Assembly: GCF_004010195.1 (NCBI RefSeq)
Contig: NC_057719.1
Coordinates: 61,023,365-61,087,364, forward strand
DNA from: Chiloscyllium plagiosum
Lineage: Eukaryota
Length of the DNA: 64,000 nucleotides
Direction: 5' to 3'
Shown here: positions 24,470-37,100 of the stretch, one piece after another
How the letters are laid out: each line of letters starts with the position of its first letter
How positions within the stretch are numbered: position 1 is the first letter of the stretch
Made by a program: the position numbers and the translations under genes
Notes under the pieces: generated by a model
Told to the model about the DNA's origin: nothing
What the model saw: the letters and a program-made list of their open reading frames with translations, nothing else
The model's database searches: none

Positions 24470-25200
24470 GGCTTCGGGAATCTGAAGCACAAGGGGATTA
24501 GAAGTCTTAGTTCGAGATTCTCTTAAGGTTAACATGCAGATTCAGTTGGCATTCAGGAGGCAAATGCAGTATTCGCATTCATTTCAAGAGGGCAAGAACA
24601 CAAGAGAAGTATAACTGAGGCTGTATAACGATTCAGTCAGATTGCATTTGGAATATTGTGAGCAGTTTTAAGCCCCGTATATATAAGGAATAATGATCTG
24701 GCCTTGGAGGGATGCAAAAGAAATTCATAAGTATGACCTGGGGTGAAGGGCTTGTCATTAGGAAGAACTGTTGAAGACTCTGGATCTGTACTCAATGGAG
24801 TTTAGAAGATGAAAGGAGATCCGATTGAAACTTATAGAATATAGAATGAGAGGCCTGGATCAAGTGGACATGAAGATATATCCACTAGTTGGAGACACTA
24901 GGACCTGAGGGCACAGATTGAGAGTGAAGGGAATATCCTTTAGAACTACAGTGAGGATGAATTTCGTTTGCTAGAGAGTTGTGAATCCATGGGACTCACT
25001 GCCACAGAAGGCTATGGAGGCCAAGTCATCAAGTGTATTTAAGACAGAGATAGATATGTTCTTGACCAGGCCAGGGGCTTAAAGGTAACGGGGAGAAAGC
25101 AGGAGAATGAGATCAAGAAATATCATCCATGATCAAATAGTGGTGCAGATTTAATGGGTTGAATAGCCTAATTCTGCTCCTATATCTTGTGGTTTTATGT
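24470..25200 (+). mobile_element. Old CR1 3' fragment
   Basis: Degenerate HLEYCEQF and GDPIETYRI coding remnants, and 3' UTR GAATAGCCTAATTCTGCTCCTATATCTT. Confidence 0.75.
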
Positions 25201-27087
25201 TTATCCTTTATAATGTACGTTGGGTGGCACACTATGGCACAAGGGCAAACTGTAATTTCTTTCATGTACTCAAATTAGATTTGGTTGAAATTAAATGAGT
25301 TTTGACCTTTATTCTTCATTGGGGTTAAACAATTTGACAATATAAACAGTTGCTATTTTGATGGTATTCATCTTCAAGAGAACGTCTAGCCACTACAAAC
25401 AAAAAAAGTATCTTTTTTTTGTAATAAGTTAAAACACTGTAAGGGAAAAACAACATCTGGATCTTATATGCAAAATTTAAATATACCAGTACAGCCAATC
25501 ATTCGTCAATTGAACTTAAGAGAACAAAACAAAATTAACAGCTAAAGTGGCTGAAAATCCTGTAAACTATCACTTCAGGATGGCATAAGTACTTTCATCA
25601 ATGGAAAAATACCTCGACAGAACATACATCATTTTTGATTCGCACTCGCTCTCTTGAAGCAATCAACAACATAATCACAAAAAAGCCTAAATACCAAGGC
25701 AAGTCAATTACTTTTGTGGCTCTGTCCATGTTGCAGCAAAATAGTTAATTTTCTGGGACCTACCATTCCATTTTTCAATAATTCTATTTTAAGAGTATTA
25801 ATCCAACAAACATGTTTCTGAAGACAATGCTGTCACTTTATAACATCACGATTAAATCAGTAGACAGGAGTCTCGACCAAGCTTGAAAATATTGCTCTCT
25901 TTTACTTCATTCTTTGTTCTGTCCAAACCTCGCCTGGCTCATCTCATCATTAACACAAAAAACTGGCAGTCATAATCCAATTCCACTAAAAACGTATTTT
26001 CTTTCCCACTTCCCAAACACAATGAAATAGTAAAATGGTTCCCTTTTTTCAAGCACTGGTTCCCTCCCTATCAAACAAGTCACAATCACAATCTTCTCTT
26101 CTGAAAACATCCAGGCTGTTCTTGCAAACTGTTACCTCATCTCCAAGGTCTTGAACATAGTTACTTCCCAAATGCCTGCTCACCTGTCTCCCAATACTGT
26201 GTTTAAATCACTCTAAGCAGGTTTCTGCCTTTGGTTCAGCAATCAGCCAAAACCAAATTCATAAATGATTTCTTATGCAAGTGTCCCACAACACACACTC
26301 TCTTTGTCCTCTCTGTAGATTTCAGCTTGATTAAACACACCACCCTCCCAAATTGGATTTTTAATGTTTTTTTTAAATCAACCTGCTCAGAGATGTTATT
26401 ACACACCTCTGTGGCATGTGGGACTTGACCCACAATACACTGATCAGAAATTTAGATAGTATTAATCAAATTGTTCAGAGTTTTTATTACACATTTCTGG
26501 AGCTTGCCGGACTTAAACCTTGGCTTCCTGTTCAGGAACATTGCTACTGTGCCAAAATAGACTTTAGACAGAATTTTATTTTAAAGAAAGATTGCTTTAT
26601 TCTGCATGGTCAATCCCAGAAATATTTATGATCCTGTTCGCTCTTTCTGTCACTTCAACTGGGGCTATAACCAAGAATTTCACAAGCACTGACCTTGAGT
26701 TAATTAACATTTCACTGCTTACCAGTACAAGATGCTGCCAGGTTTTCTGATAATTTTCTAGCAATGCTACTATATGAAGTAAGTTATAGATAGTTTCTAA
26801 TCAACTTGTTCAGAGATGTAACTACACAACTCTGGGAGTAGGTGGGACATGAATCCAGACCTCCAGATTCAAAGACAAAAATAGAAATTGCTCGAAAAGC
26901 ACTGCAAGTCTGGCAGCATCTCCTGTTTCAGAGGTAACTACTGTGCTACAAAACCGCTTGGGCAGAATTTGAATTGTAAAGGTTAATTGGATTCAAGGGC
27001 AGTGGGTTAAATATCCCGAAATTGGATGTCACTTAAGTATTACTTTAAATTACGCCATTGCTTAAAGAATGCATCATTTCAATTAGA

Positions 27088-28360
27088 TAGAGTCAAAGAG
27101 TCATAGAGTCATACAGGATAGAAACAGACCCTTTGGTCCAAATAGTCAACACTAACCATGTTCCCAAACTAAACTAGTCCCGTTTTTAGGAATAGAATCA
27201 GTCTGAACATTGGGCCACAGACAGCCTCACATAAGGTACTTCACGCCTTCAATGCATTATCTGAGCCGACATGACACCTATTGCTAAAGTTCACTTGAGA
27301 ATGTAACTTTAAAAAAACATTCTGGAATTTACATATGAATGAACTGAAACCAACATGGTCATTCTAAAATATGAGAGACTTAACAAAAAATCCTGGTCTT
27401 TTTCAATATATGATTTCAGTTACATCACACTATAAACCTTTGCTATAAATTCTGTGTCTTATGATATTATACTCTACAACCACCTAATGGAGCAGCTCTC
27501 CAAACACGAGTGCTTCCAAATAAACCTGTTGGACTATAACCTGTGTTTTGTGATATTTAACTTTGTACACCCTAGTCCAACGTTAGCACCTCCAAATCAT
27601 AAACTAGTCCCACCAGCCCATATCCCTTTAAACCTTTCCTATTCATGAACGTATCCAAATGTCTTTTGAACGTTGTAATTGTACCTGCAACCACCGCTTT
27701 CTCTGGCAATTAACTCCACACACAAATCATTCTCTGTGTAAAAAAATGTTGCACCTCATGTCCTTTTTAAAATCTTTCTCCTCTCATCTTAAAAAATGCG
27801 CCCTAGTTTTGAAATACCCCCACCTGAGAGAAAAGTCTCTTGCCATTTTCATCTTATCTATGTCCCTCATGATTTTATAAACCTCATTAAGGTCATCCCT
27901 CAACCCCTCTGCTCCAGTGAAAAAAGTCCCAGCCTTTCCAGTCTATTTCTATATCTCAAATTCTCCATTGGAGGCAACAGTCTGATAAATCTTTTCTAAA
28001 TCATCTTCAGTTTAATAATGTTCTTCCTCTAACAGAGTGGCCAGAAATGCATACAGTACTCCAGAACAGGCTTCACCAATGTCCTGTACAGCCTCAACAC
28101 GACATTCCAACTCCTATACTCAAAGATCCGAGGGACGAAAGCAAACAAGCTAAACATCTTCTTAAGGACCCCGTTTATCTGTGACACAAATTTCAAAGAA
28201 TTATGTACCTGAATCCCTTGGTGTCTCTGTTCCACACCACTACCCCAGGGCCTTACCATTAATTGTTAAGTCCTGTCCTTTTTTTGTATTACCAAAATGC
28301 AATACCTCACATTAATGCAAATTAAACTCCATCTGCCACTCCTCAGCCCATTGACCCAAA
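27088..28360 (-). mobile_element. CR1 3' fragment with nested insertion
   Basis: ORF 28029-28259 (LYRTLVKPVLEYCMHFWP), (GAGTCATA)n tail at ~27090-27112. Confidence 0.87.
27182..27600 (+). mobile_element. Terminal repeat of a second Penelope-like family
   Basis: Closely similar to 32600-32980. TSD AAACTAGTCCC at 27171-27181 and 27601-27611. Confidence 0.75.
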
Positions 28361-29139
28361 TCAGCCACTCTTCAGTCCAATGACACAAAACTTAAGGATA
28401 TTTTTCCTTGTGTGCAGCTAAATGGAGTCAGTTTACTGGAGATTATTGAGATTTTGTCTCTAAGGGCAAAGTATTCCCTTCTTCCACAAGCAAAACAAAT
28501 TAACACATTAATAATTTGAAAGAAACTGGAGTAGTTCAATTGTTCGTGGTGTATGATGATAAAATTTTTATTCTAGGAGATTTGAAGAAAGAAAATTGTA
28601 GCGATTGGAACCAGATTAACCTCATTGAATATTAGGTCATCGATTGGGGTTATTAACCTGGGATAATCAAGAAAGCCCTGGCTGACCAATATAACTAGGA
28701 GATTTAGAATCTCCTCAGTTTAGGGGACTGATTCTGTTAAAAAAAAGAAACAATATATATAACCAGGGGATTTAGAATCTCCTCAGTTTAGGGGACTGAC
28801 TCTGTGCTGGCTGGTCCATGGTCAGTGTATTCCTGCTGACACAAGTGGTCTCTGTGCTTTTAGGAGAAGAGTTCCTTTTTCTTTCCCCTTGTTCAGGGAA
28901 GATATTTGTTCCTTTGATTTATTTTATTGTGTTTGTGTTTTTTTGTTAAGAATTATATATACATATATATATAATATAAAACCAGGAGATTTAGAATCTC
29001 CTCAGTTTAGGAGATTGATTCTGTGCTGGCTGGGCCACAGTCAGTGTGTTACTGCTGCTGTTCGTTTTTGCTTTTTCTGGGGGGATATCTGATTCCTGAA
29101 CTGGCTGAATTATATGGTCAGTTTGCTAACAGGCATTCC

Positions 29140-29920
29140 GTTTTTTTTATTTCCCCAATACTACCGCTTATTTTTCCCCATCACCCATGTTAAGTGTGTG
29201 CAGGTGTCAGACACAGTGAAGAACAAATGTGCAAATCTTTATTTATATTCCACGACCAGAAAGAAAGCAAACACCAGAGTGGCCAGTAACAAGCAGTGCC
29301 CTTCTCATCAAAAGGCATTGCTACATGATCAAAAAGTGAAGGGGAGGGCAGGGATTAAATCAAAATAGAGTTGGAAGAAGAAATAAAACACTCCACTCGC
29401 TGCAGTGCCCACCTCACCTGAAAACTTTGAGGGTGTTGGTAGACACCTCATGTTCCTTCTCCAGCAACACCCGGACACGGACAGGGAAGAGGGGCAAGCA
29501 ATCAGTCATAACGACCCCTTCCACAGCCCGCTGCTTGGACCTGTTTATGGCCAGTTTGGCCAGGCCCAGGAGCAGACCTCCAAGGAGGTCCTCTGACGTA
29601 CCCTCCTTCCTCCGCACCGGGTGCCCAAAGATCAGGAGCGTGAGACTGAAGTGCAACCAAAAGCAGAGGAGAAGATTTTCCGGAAAACTAAAAATGGAGT
29701 GCAAACACCCACATCCCATATACATGGTCCATGGACTCCACAGCACCATAGAACAAGCAGTTGGGCTGGGAGTCCGTGAACCACCACAATCTGCAATTGC
29801 AGAAGACTGCTGCGTGTAGCACCCTCCACCCCAGATCCCTGAGCGAAAGGGGAAGGACTCCTGCGTAGAGAGCCCTCCACTGGGGATCACCACTGCATGG
29901 CGGCAAATGGGCATGCCTTT
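29140..29920 (-). mobile_element. 5'-truncated Tx1-clade non-LTR retrotransposon (ORF2 C-terminus + 3' UTR + A tail)
   Basis: Frameshifted PQWRALYAGVLPLSLRDLGWRVLH...C..ESMDHVY...LLIFGHPV...LLLGLAKLAI..S resembles the Tx1 ORF2 C-terminal zinc-binding region. AATAAA and A-tail toward 29140. Confidence 0.75.
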
Positions 29921-30195
29921 TCATTGAGGACTGACTTTTAAACTTTCTGATTTAAACAGTCAATGTGTTACAGGTGTAACTCAGTTCTCATTAGGGAACT
30001 ATTGTTCACTGGTTGGTTACAGCCTGTGTGTTACTCTTTTCTCCTTTATTTTAAGAAAATGACTATGCTGATTTTGTGGCAGGGCTTAGCCCTTGCACTC
30101 TGGCTTTTTTGAAATGTGTCTTCACTTTTTTGGCATTTGGACTGAGCCCTTGTGAGAAATTATATCTTTCCAGATGAGCTGGCTTTATATGGGTA

Positions 30196-30314
30196 GGAGA
30201 AAGTGAGGACTGCAGATGCTGGAGATCAGAGCTGAAAATGTGTTGCTGGAAAAGCGTAATAGGTCAGGCAGCATCCAAGGAGCAGGAGAATCGACGTTTT
30301 GGGCATGAGCCCTT
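30196..30314 (-). mobile_element. Single-arm Penelope terminus insertion
   Basis: Same arm as 6260-6380. Flanking duplication CTTTATATGGGTAGG at 30183-30197 and 30315-30329. Confidence 0.82.
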
Positions 30315-31290
30315 CTTTATATGGGTAGGCCTGGCCCTTTGTGGGTGACTAGGTCTCTGTAAAGACTGAACACGTGTGTGTGCTGGGAGGTGAGCAATTG
30401 CTGCATCGTGGAGTGGACCAAACTCCTGTAAGCTAACTGCACCTTTACAATGTACAGTATTCCTGTGAGTGGGCCTGGTCCTTTGGATAGACCAGATCTC
30501 TGAAGACTGAACACCTGCGTGTGCGGTATGGACTCTGCCTTCGGGAGTGGATTCTGCCTTTGGGACTGGATCAAACCCCTGTGAGTTAACTGCAGCTTCA
30601 TAATGTACTGTGTTCCTGAGAGTGGGCCTGGTTCTCTCTGGAAAGGCCAGGCCTGTGTGGACACTGAACACCTGCGTGTGTGCTCGGAGGTGAGCATTTG
30701 TTACACTGTGGAGTTTGGGTTTGGACTCTGTCTTAGTACTGGAAACTGGTTGTATGATATTGTCCTGAAAGCTGGGCAGTTTGCTACAAACAAAGATCTA
30801 TTTGAGGTTTGGTGGTTGTTTAAAGGCAAGAAGTGGCGGTGTGGGGAAGGTCTTGGTGAGGTGCTAATCCACATTGATAATGTGTTCCAGGCTGTGAAGA
30901 ACATGGCGCAGTTTTTCGGCTCCTGGGAAGTACTGGACAACTAAGGGTACTCTGTTGGTTATAGCTCATGTCTGTCTCCTGAGGAGGTTATTTCGATTTC
31001 TCACTGTGGCACATCGGAACTGGTGGTCGATGAGTTGAGTATCGTACCCTGTTCTTATGAGGGCATCCTTGAGTACTTCCAGGTGCCCATCATGTTCCTC
31101 CTCATCTGAACAGATCCTGTGTCTGCGTAGGGCTTGTCCATAGAGGGTGGCTGTTTTAATATGTTTTGGGTGGAAGCTGGAGAAGTGTAGCACTATGAGC
31201 TTATGTGTGGGTTTGCAGTAGAGCAAGGTGCTGAGGTGTCCATCCTTGATAGAGATGCATGTGTCCAAGGATGAGACAGATAGTAGAGAG

Positions 31291-31524
31291 CAAAAGAGAA
31301 AATGCTGGAAAATCTCAGCAGGTCTGGCAGCATCTGTAAGGAGAGAAAAGAGCTGATGTTTTGAGTCTAACTGACCCTTTGTCAAAGTCCTTTGACAAAG
31401 GGTCAGTCAGACTCGAAACGTCAGCACTTTTCTCTCCTTACAGATGCTGCCAGACCTGCTGAGATTTTCCAGCATTTTCTCTTTTGGTTTCAGATTCCAG
31501 CATCCGCAGTAATTTGCTTTTATC
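31291..31524. mobile_element. Penelope-terminus-derived hairpin insertion (third subfamily)
   Basis: About 97-bp inverted arms around a 2-nt loop (CTTTGTCAAAG-TC-CTTTGACAAAG). 14-bp TSD CAGATAGTAGAGAG at 31277-31290 and 31525-31538. Confidence 0.9.
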
Positions 31525-32896
31525 CAGATAGTAGAGAGGTCTGTCTGTTAAGTTTGATGGTGGGATGAAACTCGTTGACATCACTGTGTAGTTTTTCAGT
31601 GACTCCTCGACTTGGGTCCAGAGGAAGAAAATGTCATCGATGTACCTGGTGTATAGTGTTGGTTGGAAGTCCTGCGTAGAGACGATGTCTTGTTCGAACT
31701 TGTGCATGAAAATGTTGGCATATTGGGGTGAAATTTGGTCCCCATGGCTGTTCCATGTGTCTGGATGAAGAACTGGTTGTCAAAGGTGAAAATGTTGAGG
31801 TTGAGGATAAAGCGGATGAGTTGCAAGACAGTGATCGCAGATTGGCAGTTGTTGTTGTTGAGTACTGAGGCTATCGCCACGATGCTGTCATCATGGGGGA
31901 TGCTGGTGTAGCGTACTGAAATGTCCACTGTGACGAGAAATATTCCCAGTTCTATTGGTCTGTGGATGCTGAGTTTCTGTAAGAAATCTGTTGTGTCGGA
32001 ACAAAAGCTGGGGGTCCCCTGTACAATAGGTTTCAAGCTGTCTTCGACATAGCCTGAGCGGTTCTCACACGGGGTCCCAGTGCCTGATATGATGAGACGT
32101 TGTGATGCATTGGCCTTGTGTATCTTCGGAAGGCAGTAGAAATCGCCTATGCAGGATGAGGGCGCATAGAGAATTCTGAAGGATTGGATCTAAAGTCCTG
32201 ATCGATGTTTTTAGTTCACAGATGTGCTCTTTGGTTGGATCAGTCGGTAGTTGCCTGGAGTGTTCCTGATTGTTCAGTTGTTGGTACACTTCCTTGCAGT
32301 AATCTGTTCTATTCTGAATGACAATCGCTTCTCCTTTATCTGCTGGTTTGATGACAATGTTGTGATTGGTTTTGAGAGCATGGATGGCTTTGCGTTCTGA
32401 TCAGGTGCTGTTTTGCTCTGCCTTGTGGGTGTGGCTGATGATTCTGACATATTATATATTTCCTGACAGTTTGAGCAAACTCGTGTGCGCGCGCACACAC
32501 ACACACACACACGTTTGTGGGGTGAATTTGTACTCAAAGAATTACATTTTATTTTGCTCAAAAATTACATGAATCCATGTAAGATTCTGTAAACTTGCTT
32601 TTTTTTAGATTTGAATCAGTCTGAACATTGTGGTACAGACAGTCTCACAGAGGGCACCTCACACCTTAAATGCATCATCTGGGCCGACATAACACCAATT
32701 GTTAAAGTTCACTTCAGAATGTAACTTTAAAAAAGTTTTGCGATTTACATATGAAAGAACTGAAATCAACATGTTCATTCTAAAAGATGACAGACTTAAC
32801 AAGCAATTCAGGTCTTTTTCAATATATAATTTCAGTTACATCACACTGTAAACTTTTGCTATAGATTCTGTGTCTTACAATCTTATACTCTACAAC

Positions 32897-32928
32897 ATGA
32901 TGAAGGAGCAGCACTCCGAAAGCTAGTG
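32897..32928 (+). ncRNA. Degenerate minimal hammerhead motif of the second Penelope-like family
   Basis: ATGATGA-A-GGAG-CAGCA-CTCC-GAAA-GCTA-GTG: stem II GGAG/CTCC, palindromic stem III AGCT. First core base is mutated (C to A). Confidence 0.45.
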
Positions 32929-33811
32929 CTTCCAAATAAACCTGTTGGACTATAACCTGGTGTTGTGTGATTTTTAACTTTGTCTGTGTTTGTTACTGTT
33001 ATCTTTCTGATATCTGAAAGTGGGATTTGAGGTTTGTCCTCCTCTCCCTGAAAACTAGTTGAACGATGGGGTTTGGGGTTTGGCTTTGCTGCCCTTTCCC
33101 CTGTATTTAGTGGTGAACTACTGCTTTCTGTTTATTGCTAACTGTTTGATGTACTGTTGAATAAAATTTAGAAAAAAACAGAAGATTTAGAATCTCCTCA
33201 GTTTAGGGGACTGACTCTGTGCTGGTTGGGCTATAGTCAGTGTGTACTGGTAACAGGACAATCAGGAAAGCCCCAGCTGACCAATATAACCAGGAGATTT
33301 AGAATCTCCATAGTTTAGAGGACTGACAAAAAAAAACCAGGAGATCAATAACCAGCTCATGGGAAAGTGGCATGGCGTAGTCCGGTCAGAATACGGGCAA
33401 CTGGTAACTGGGCAGGTCGATGTCCAGTCTGAAGGAAAGCAGGCCTGGGGAAGGTTGTTCAGTCCGCAGGGTGGCCAGAGACCGGAAGGCTGATGACTGT
33501 CCTGTAGGAAGGCTCGCCAAAGACAGTCTAATCAATATGTGGTGCGGATGGGTGTCAGGTTGCTTTTTATAAATATATTGGATCTGTGTTCTATGCACTG
33601 TGTCTCATTTGATTGCAATGTCTTGTCTGTGTTTGTTACTGTTATCTTTGTAATGAATGGAAGTGGGAATTGCGGTTTGTCCTCATCCCCCTGAAAACTA
33701 GTTGAATGGTGGGGTTTGGAGTTTGGCTTTGCTGCCTTTGCTGCCACTGGACATAGTGGTTGTTTTGTGAACTGCTGCTTTCTGTTTATTGTTAACTCTC
33801 TTTTGTACTGT

Positions 33812-34148
33812 TGAATTGAATTGAATTGAATTTAATCAAATTGAATTTATTGTCATATGTACCAAGGCACAGTGAAAAGCTTTGTCCTGCAAGCAATACA
33901 GGCAGATCACATAGTTAAATAGCATACATGAGTAAATAATAGGTAAACAGCGGCAAAACAAAACACAGGTACAGACGAATGCTAAACGTTTGTGAGTCCA
34001 TTCAGTATTCTAACAACAGTCAGGTAGAAACTGTTTCGAAAGCGGCTGCTGCTTGTGTTCAGGCTTCTGTACCTTCTCCCCAATGGTAGAGGTTGTAGAA
34101 AAGCATTGCCAGGGTGAGATGGATCTTTGAGAATGCTTGCGGCCTTTC
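33812..34148 (-). mobile_element. Rex1/Babar-like LINE 3' fragment
   Basis: ILKDPSHPGNAFLQPLPLGRRYRSLNT...RFRNSFY..VVRILN C-terminus and (TTCAA)n tail at 33812-33845. Confidence 0.78.
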
Positions 34149-37100
34149 TGTTTAACAAAATAAAAAAAATAACCAGGATCAACAACCAGCTCGGAGGAAA
34201 GCTGCCCAGGGTAGTCCGGACAGTACGCGGGGTGACTGGGAGCTGGGTGGTCGATGACCAGCCTGGAGGAAAGCAGGCCTGGAAAGGGTCAGTCAGTAGG
34301 CAGGACAGCCAGAGAGTGGAAGGCTGAAGGCTGTCCTGCAGGAAGGCTAACCAAGGATGGTCTGATCAGTATGTGGTGTGGACTGGTTTTTTTTTAAGCT
34401 ATATTAGGTCTGTGTTCTATGCACTATTTCTCATTTGATTGCACTGTCTTGTCTGTGTTTGTTATTGATATCTTTGCAATGACTGAAATTGGGATTTGAG
34501 TCATCTCCCTGAAAACTGGTTGAATTGTGAGGCTTGGCTTTGCTGCCATTTCCTCTGTATATAGTGTTTTTTTTGTGAACTGCTTTCTGTTTACTGATAA
34601 CTATATTTTGTACTGTTCAATAAAATAAAAAATATATATAACCAGAAATTTAGAATCTCCTCAATTTAGGGGGCTGACTCTATGCTGGCTGGGCCACAGA
34701 CAGTGTGTTACTGCTGCTGTTGGTTTTTGCTTTTTTTTCGGGACAACTGATTCCTAAACTGGCTGGTTTACAGCCAGTTTTGTTAACTGGTGTTCCTTTT
34801 CTACTGATTTCTAAACTGTCTGATTTACACAATCAATGTGTTTCCAGTGTAATTCAGCCGTCATTTGAGAACTGTTGTTTCATTGGCTGGGTACATCCTG
34901 TGTGTTACTCGTTTACTTTGAGAAAAGGACTATGTTGCTTTTGTGGCAGGGCTTAACCTTGCACTCTGGTTTTCTTTTGAATGTGTCTTCACTTTTTTGG
35001 TATTTGGACTGAGCCCCTGTGAGAAAATACATTATTCCAGATGAGCTGCTCCAATGGGTAGGCCTGGCCCTTTGTGGCTGAATAGGCTTCTGTAAAGACT
35101 GAACACCTGTGTCTGTGCTGGGAGGTGAGCAATTGCTGCATCTTGGAATGGACTCTGCCCTCGGTTGTGGACTTTGTTTTTGGCAATCTCTGCAGATTGG
35201 AGTGGACTCTAATTCTGACAATGCACTTTGTATGCTGGAGTGGACTCTGTTCCTGGGAGTGGATTCTACATTTTGAAGAGAACTGTTTATAGTAATGGAC
35301 TCTGTACTACAAGGGACTCTGTTTGTTCATAATTGACTCTGTCTTGTTTCTTGTTGGGTTTATCACCTGCACTGTCTCATATCCCTGGGGTCTGGCAGGC
35401 CTTACTGTAATCTGGAAGGCTCATAGGTCATCCTGAAAGCTGTCACCCTGAGAGCCGGAAGGTGGGTAGGCCGTCCTGTGAACCTGAAGATGGGTAGTCT
35501 GTCCCAAAAGCCAGATGGTGGGTAGTCCACCCCAATGGCGGTTGCCCAGAGAGCCGGCAGATGGGTGGGCCATTCTAAACGTTGTCGTCCCGAGAAGGGG
35601 CGAAAAGGACGGGCTGTCTAGAGGTGGTTGGAAGGTGTGTCAGTGGCCGAAAGCCAGAAGATGCGTACGGGCAGGCTGAGATCTGGAAGGCTTGTGGGCT
35701 GCCCTGTGCACCATCGTACCAGGGAAGGGTCAGGCTGTCCTAGAGGTGGCTAGAAGGTGTGTCAGGGTAGTCCACAGGCCGGATGGTGCATCGGGCTGGA
35801 CGAGAGCTAGAAGGTACATAGGGGCAGATCAAGTGCCAGAAGATGGATAGGCCATCCTCAGCACTGTCACCCCAAGCAGGTACAGGGGCGGGCCTGTCCC
35901 AGAGGTGGTTGGAAGGTGCGAAGGGCAGTTAGGGAAGCTGAAAGGTGGGTAGGCTGTCCTGATTGCTGTCATCCTGGGGGAGTTGGGGAAACAGGACAGG
36001 CTATCCTAAGGGTGGCTGGAAGGTGTGTCAAGGTGGACAGAGAGCCAGAATGAGCATGGGTTGGACCAAGAGCCGGAAGAGGCTTGGGGGTGGGCTGCCT
36101 TAGAGTGGCCGAAGATGGGAGGGAGGGTGGGTTGCTGGGGGGAGGGTCTGTACTCTATGTACTGTTTCTTGTCTAATTGGACTGTCTTGTATGTATTTGT
36201 TACTGCTACTTTCGTGATGACAAAGTGAGATTTGAGGCTTGACCTCATTTCCCTGAAAACTGATTGAACGATAGGGTTTGGGGTTTGGCTTTGCCACTCA
36301 TCTGTCTTGCAAATTGCTGTTTCTCTGTACACAGCGGTTAATGTTAACTGTTTGTGGACTGTACTGTTTAATAAAATAAAAAATATAACCAGAATATAAA
36401 ACAAAAAACTATATAACCAGAAGAAAGGGGTCAGTCAGTATGTGGGGTGGCTGCGTGCTAGAAGGCTGACAGCTTGCCTGCCTGCTTGCCAGAAAGCAGG
36501 TTAAAGGCGGTTTGGTTAGTACACAGGGTGACCAGGAGCTGGGAGGCCGATGACCGGGCCAGAAGAAACCGGGCTGGGGAGGGTCAGTCTGTACGCAGGG
36601 CGGCTGGAGACTGGAAGGCTGACAACCTGCTCGTAGGAAAGTGGTCCGGGGTGGTCCAGTCAGTATGTGGGGTGACTGTGAGCTGGGTAGTTGGTGACCA
36701 GCCCTGAGGAAAGTGGGTCTGGGGAGGGTCAGTTAGTACACAGGGTGGTTGAACACCAGAAGGCTGACGACTGTCCTGCAGGGAGGATAGGCAAGGACAG
36801 TCTGAACAGTACATAATGTGGACCGTTATCAGGTGTGCAGGGTAACCAGGGAGAGGAGAGTGTCAGGAGGAGTTGAGTTGTGTAATCAGTGATTTTTATT
36901 GTGGAATGTTGTTTTTGGCTCTATTATGTTTTGTAGACTACTTTCTTTTGTGCCTGGGTAAGGCAATGTGTAATGTGTTTGCAATTGTATATTGTGGGCT
37001 TCAGCCTACTGTAAACTTTGCCCTTGGGGGCTGAAGTAAATTCTTTTCTGGATTTCTGTCATTGTGGTACCTTTAAGAGAATAGTGACTTGTGTGAAAAT

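Larger units (their letters stand above)
30745..32980 (-). mobile_element. Penelope-like element RT fragment with adjacent oppositely oriented terminal repeat (32470-32980)
   Basis: Fragments DTTDFLQKL...LVTVDIS..YTSIPH...QTHGTAMGTK, YTRYIDDIF, HFSSFHPKHIK..YGQALR..RICSD are typical of the PLE RT. Confidence 0.88.
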
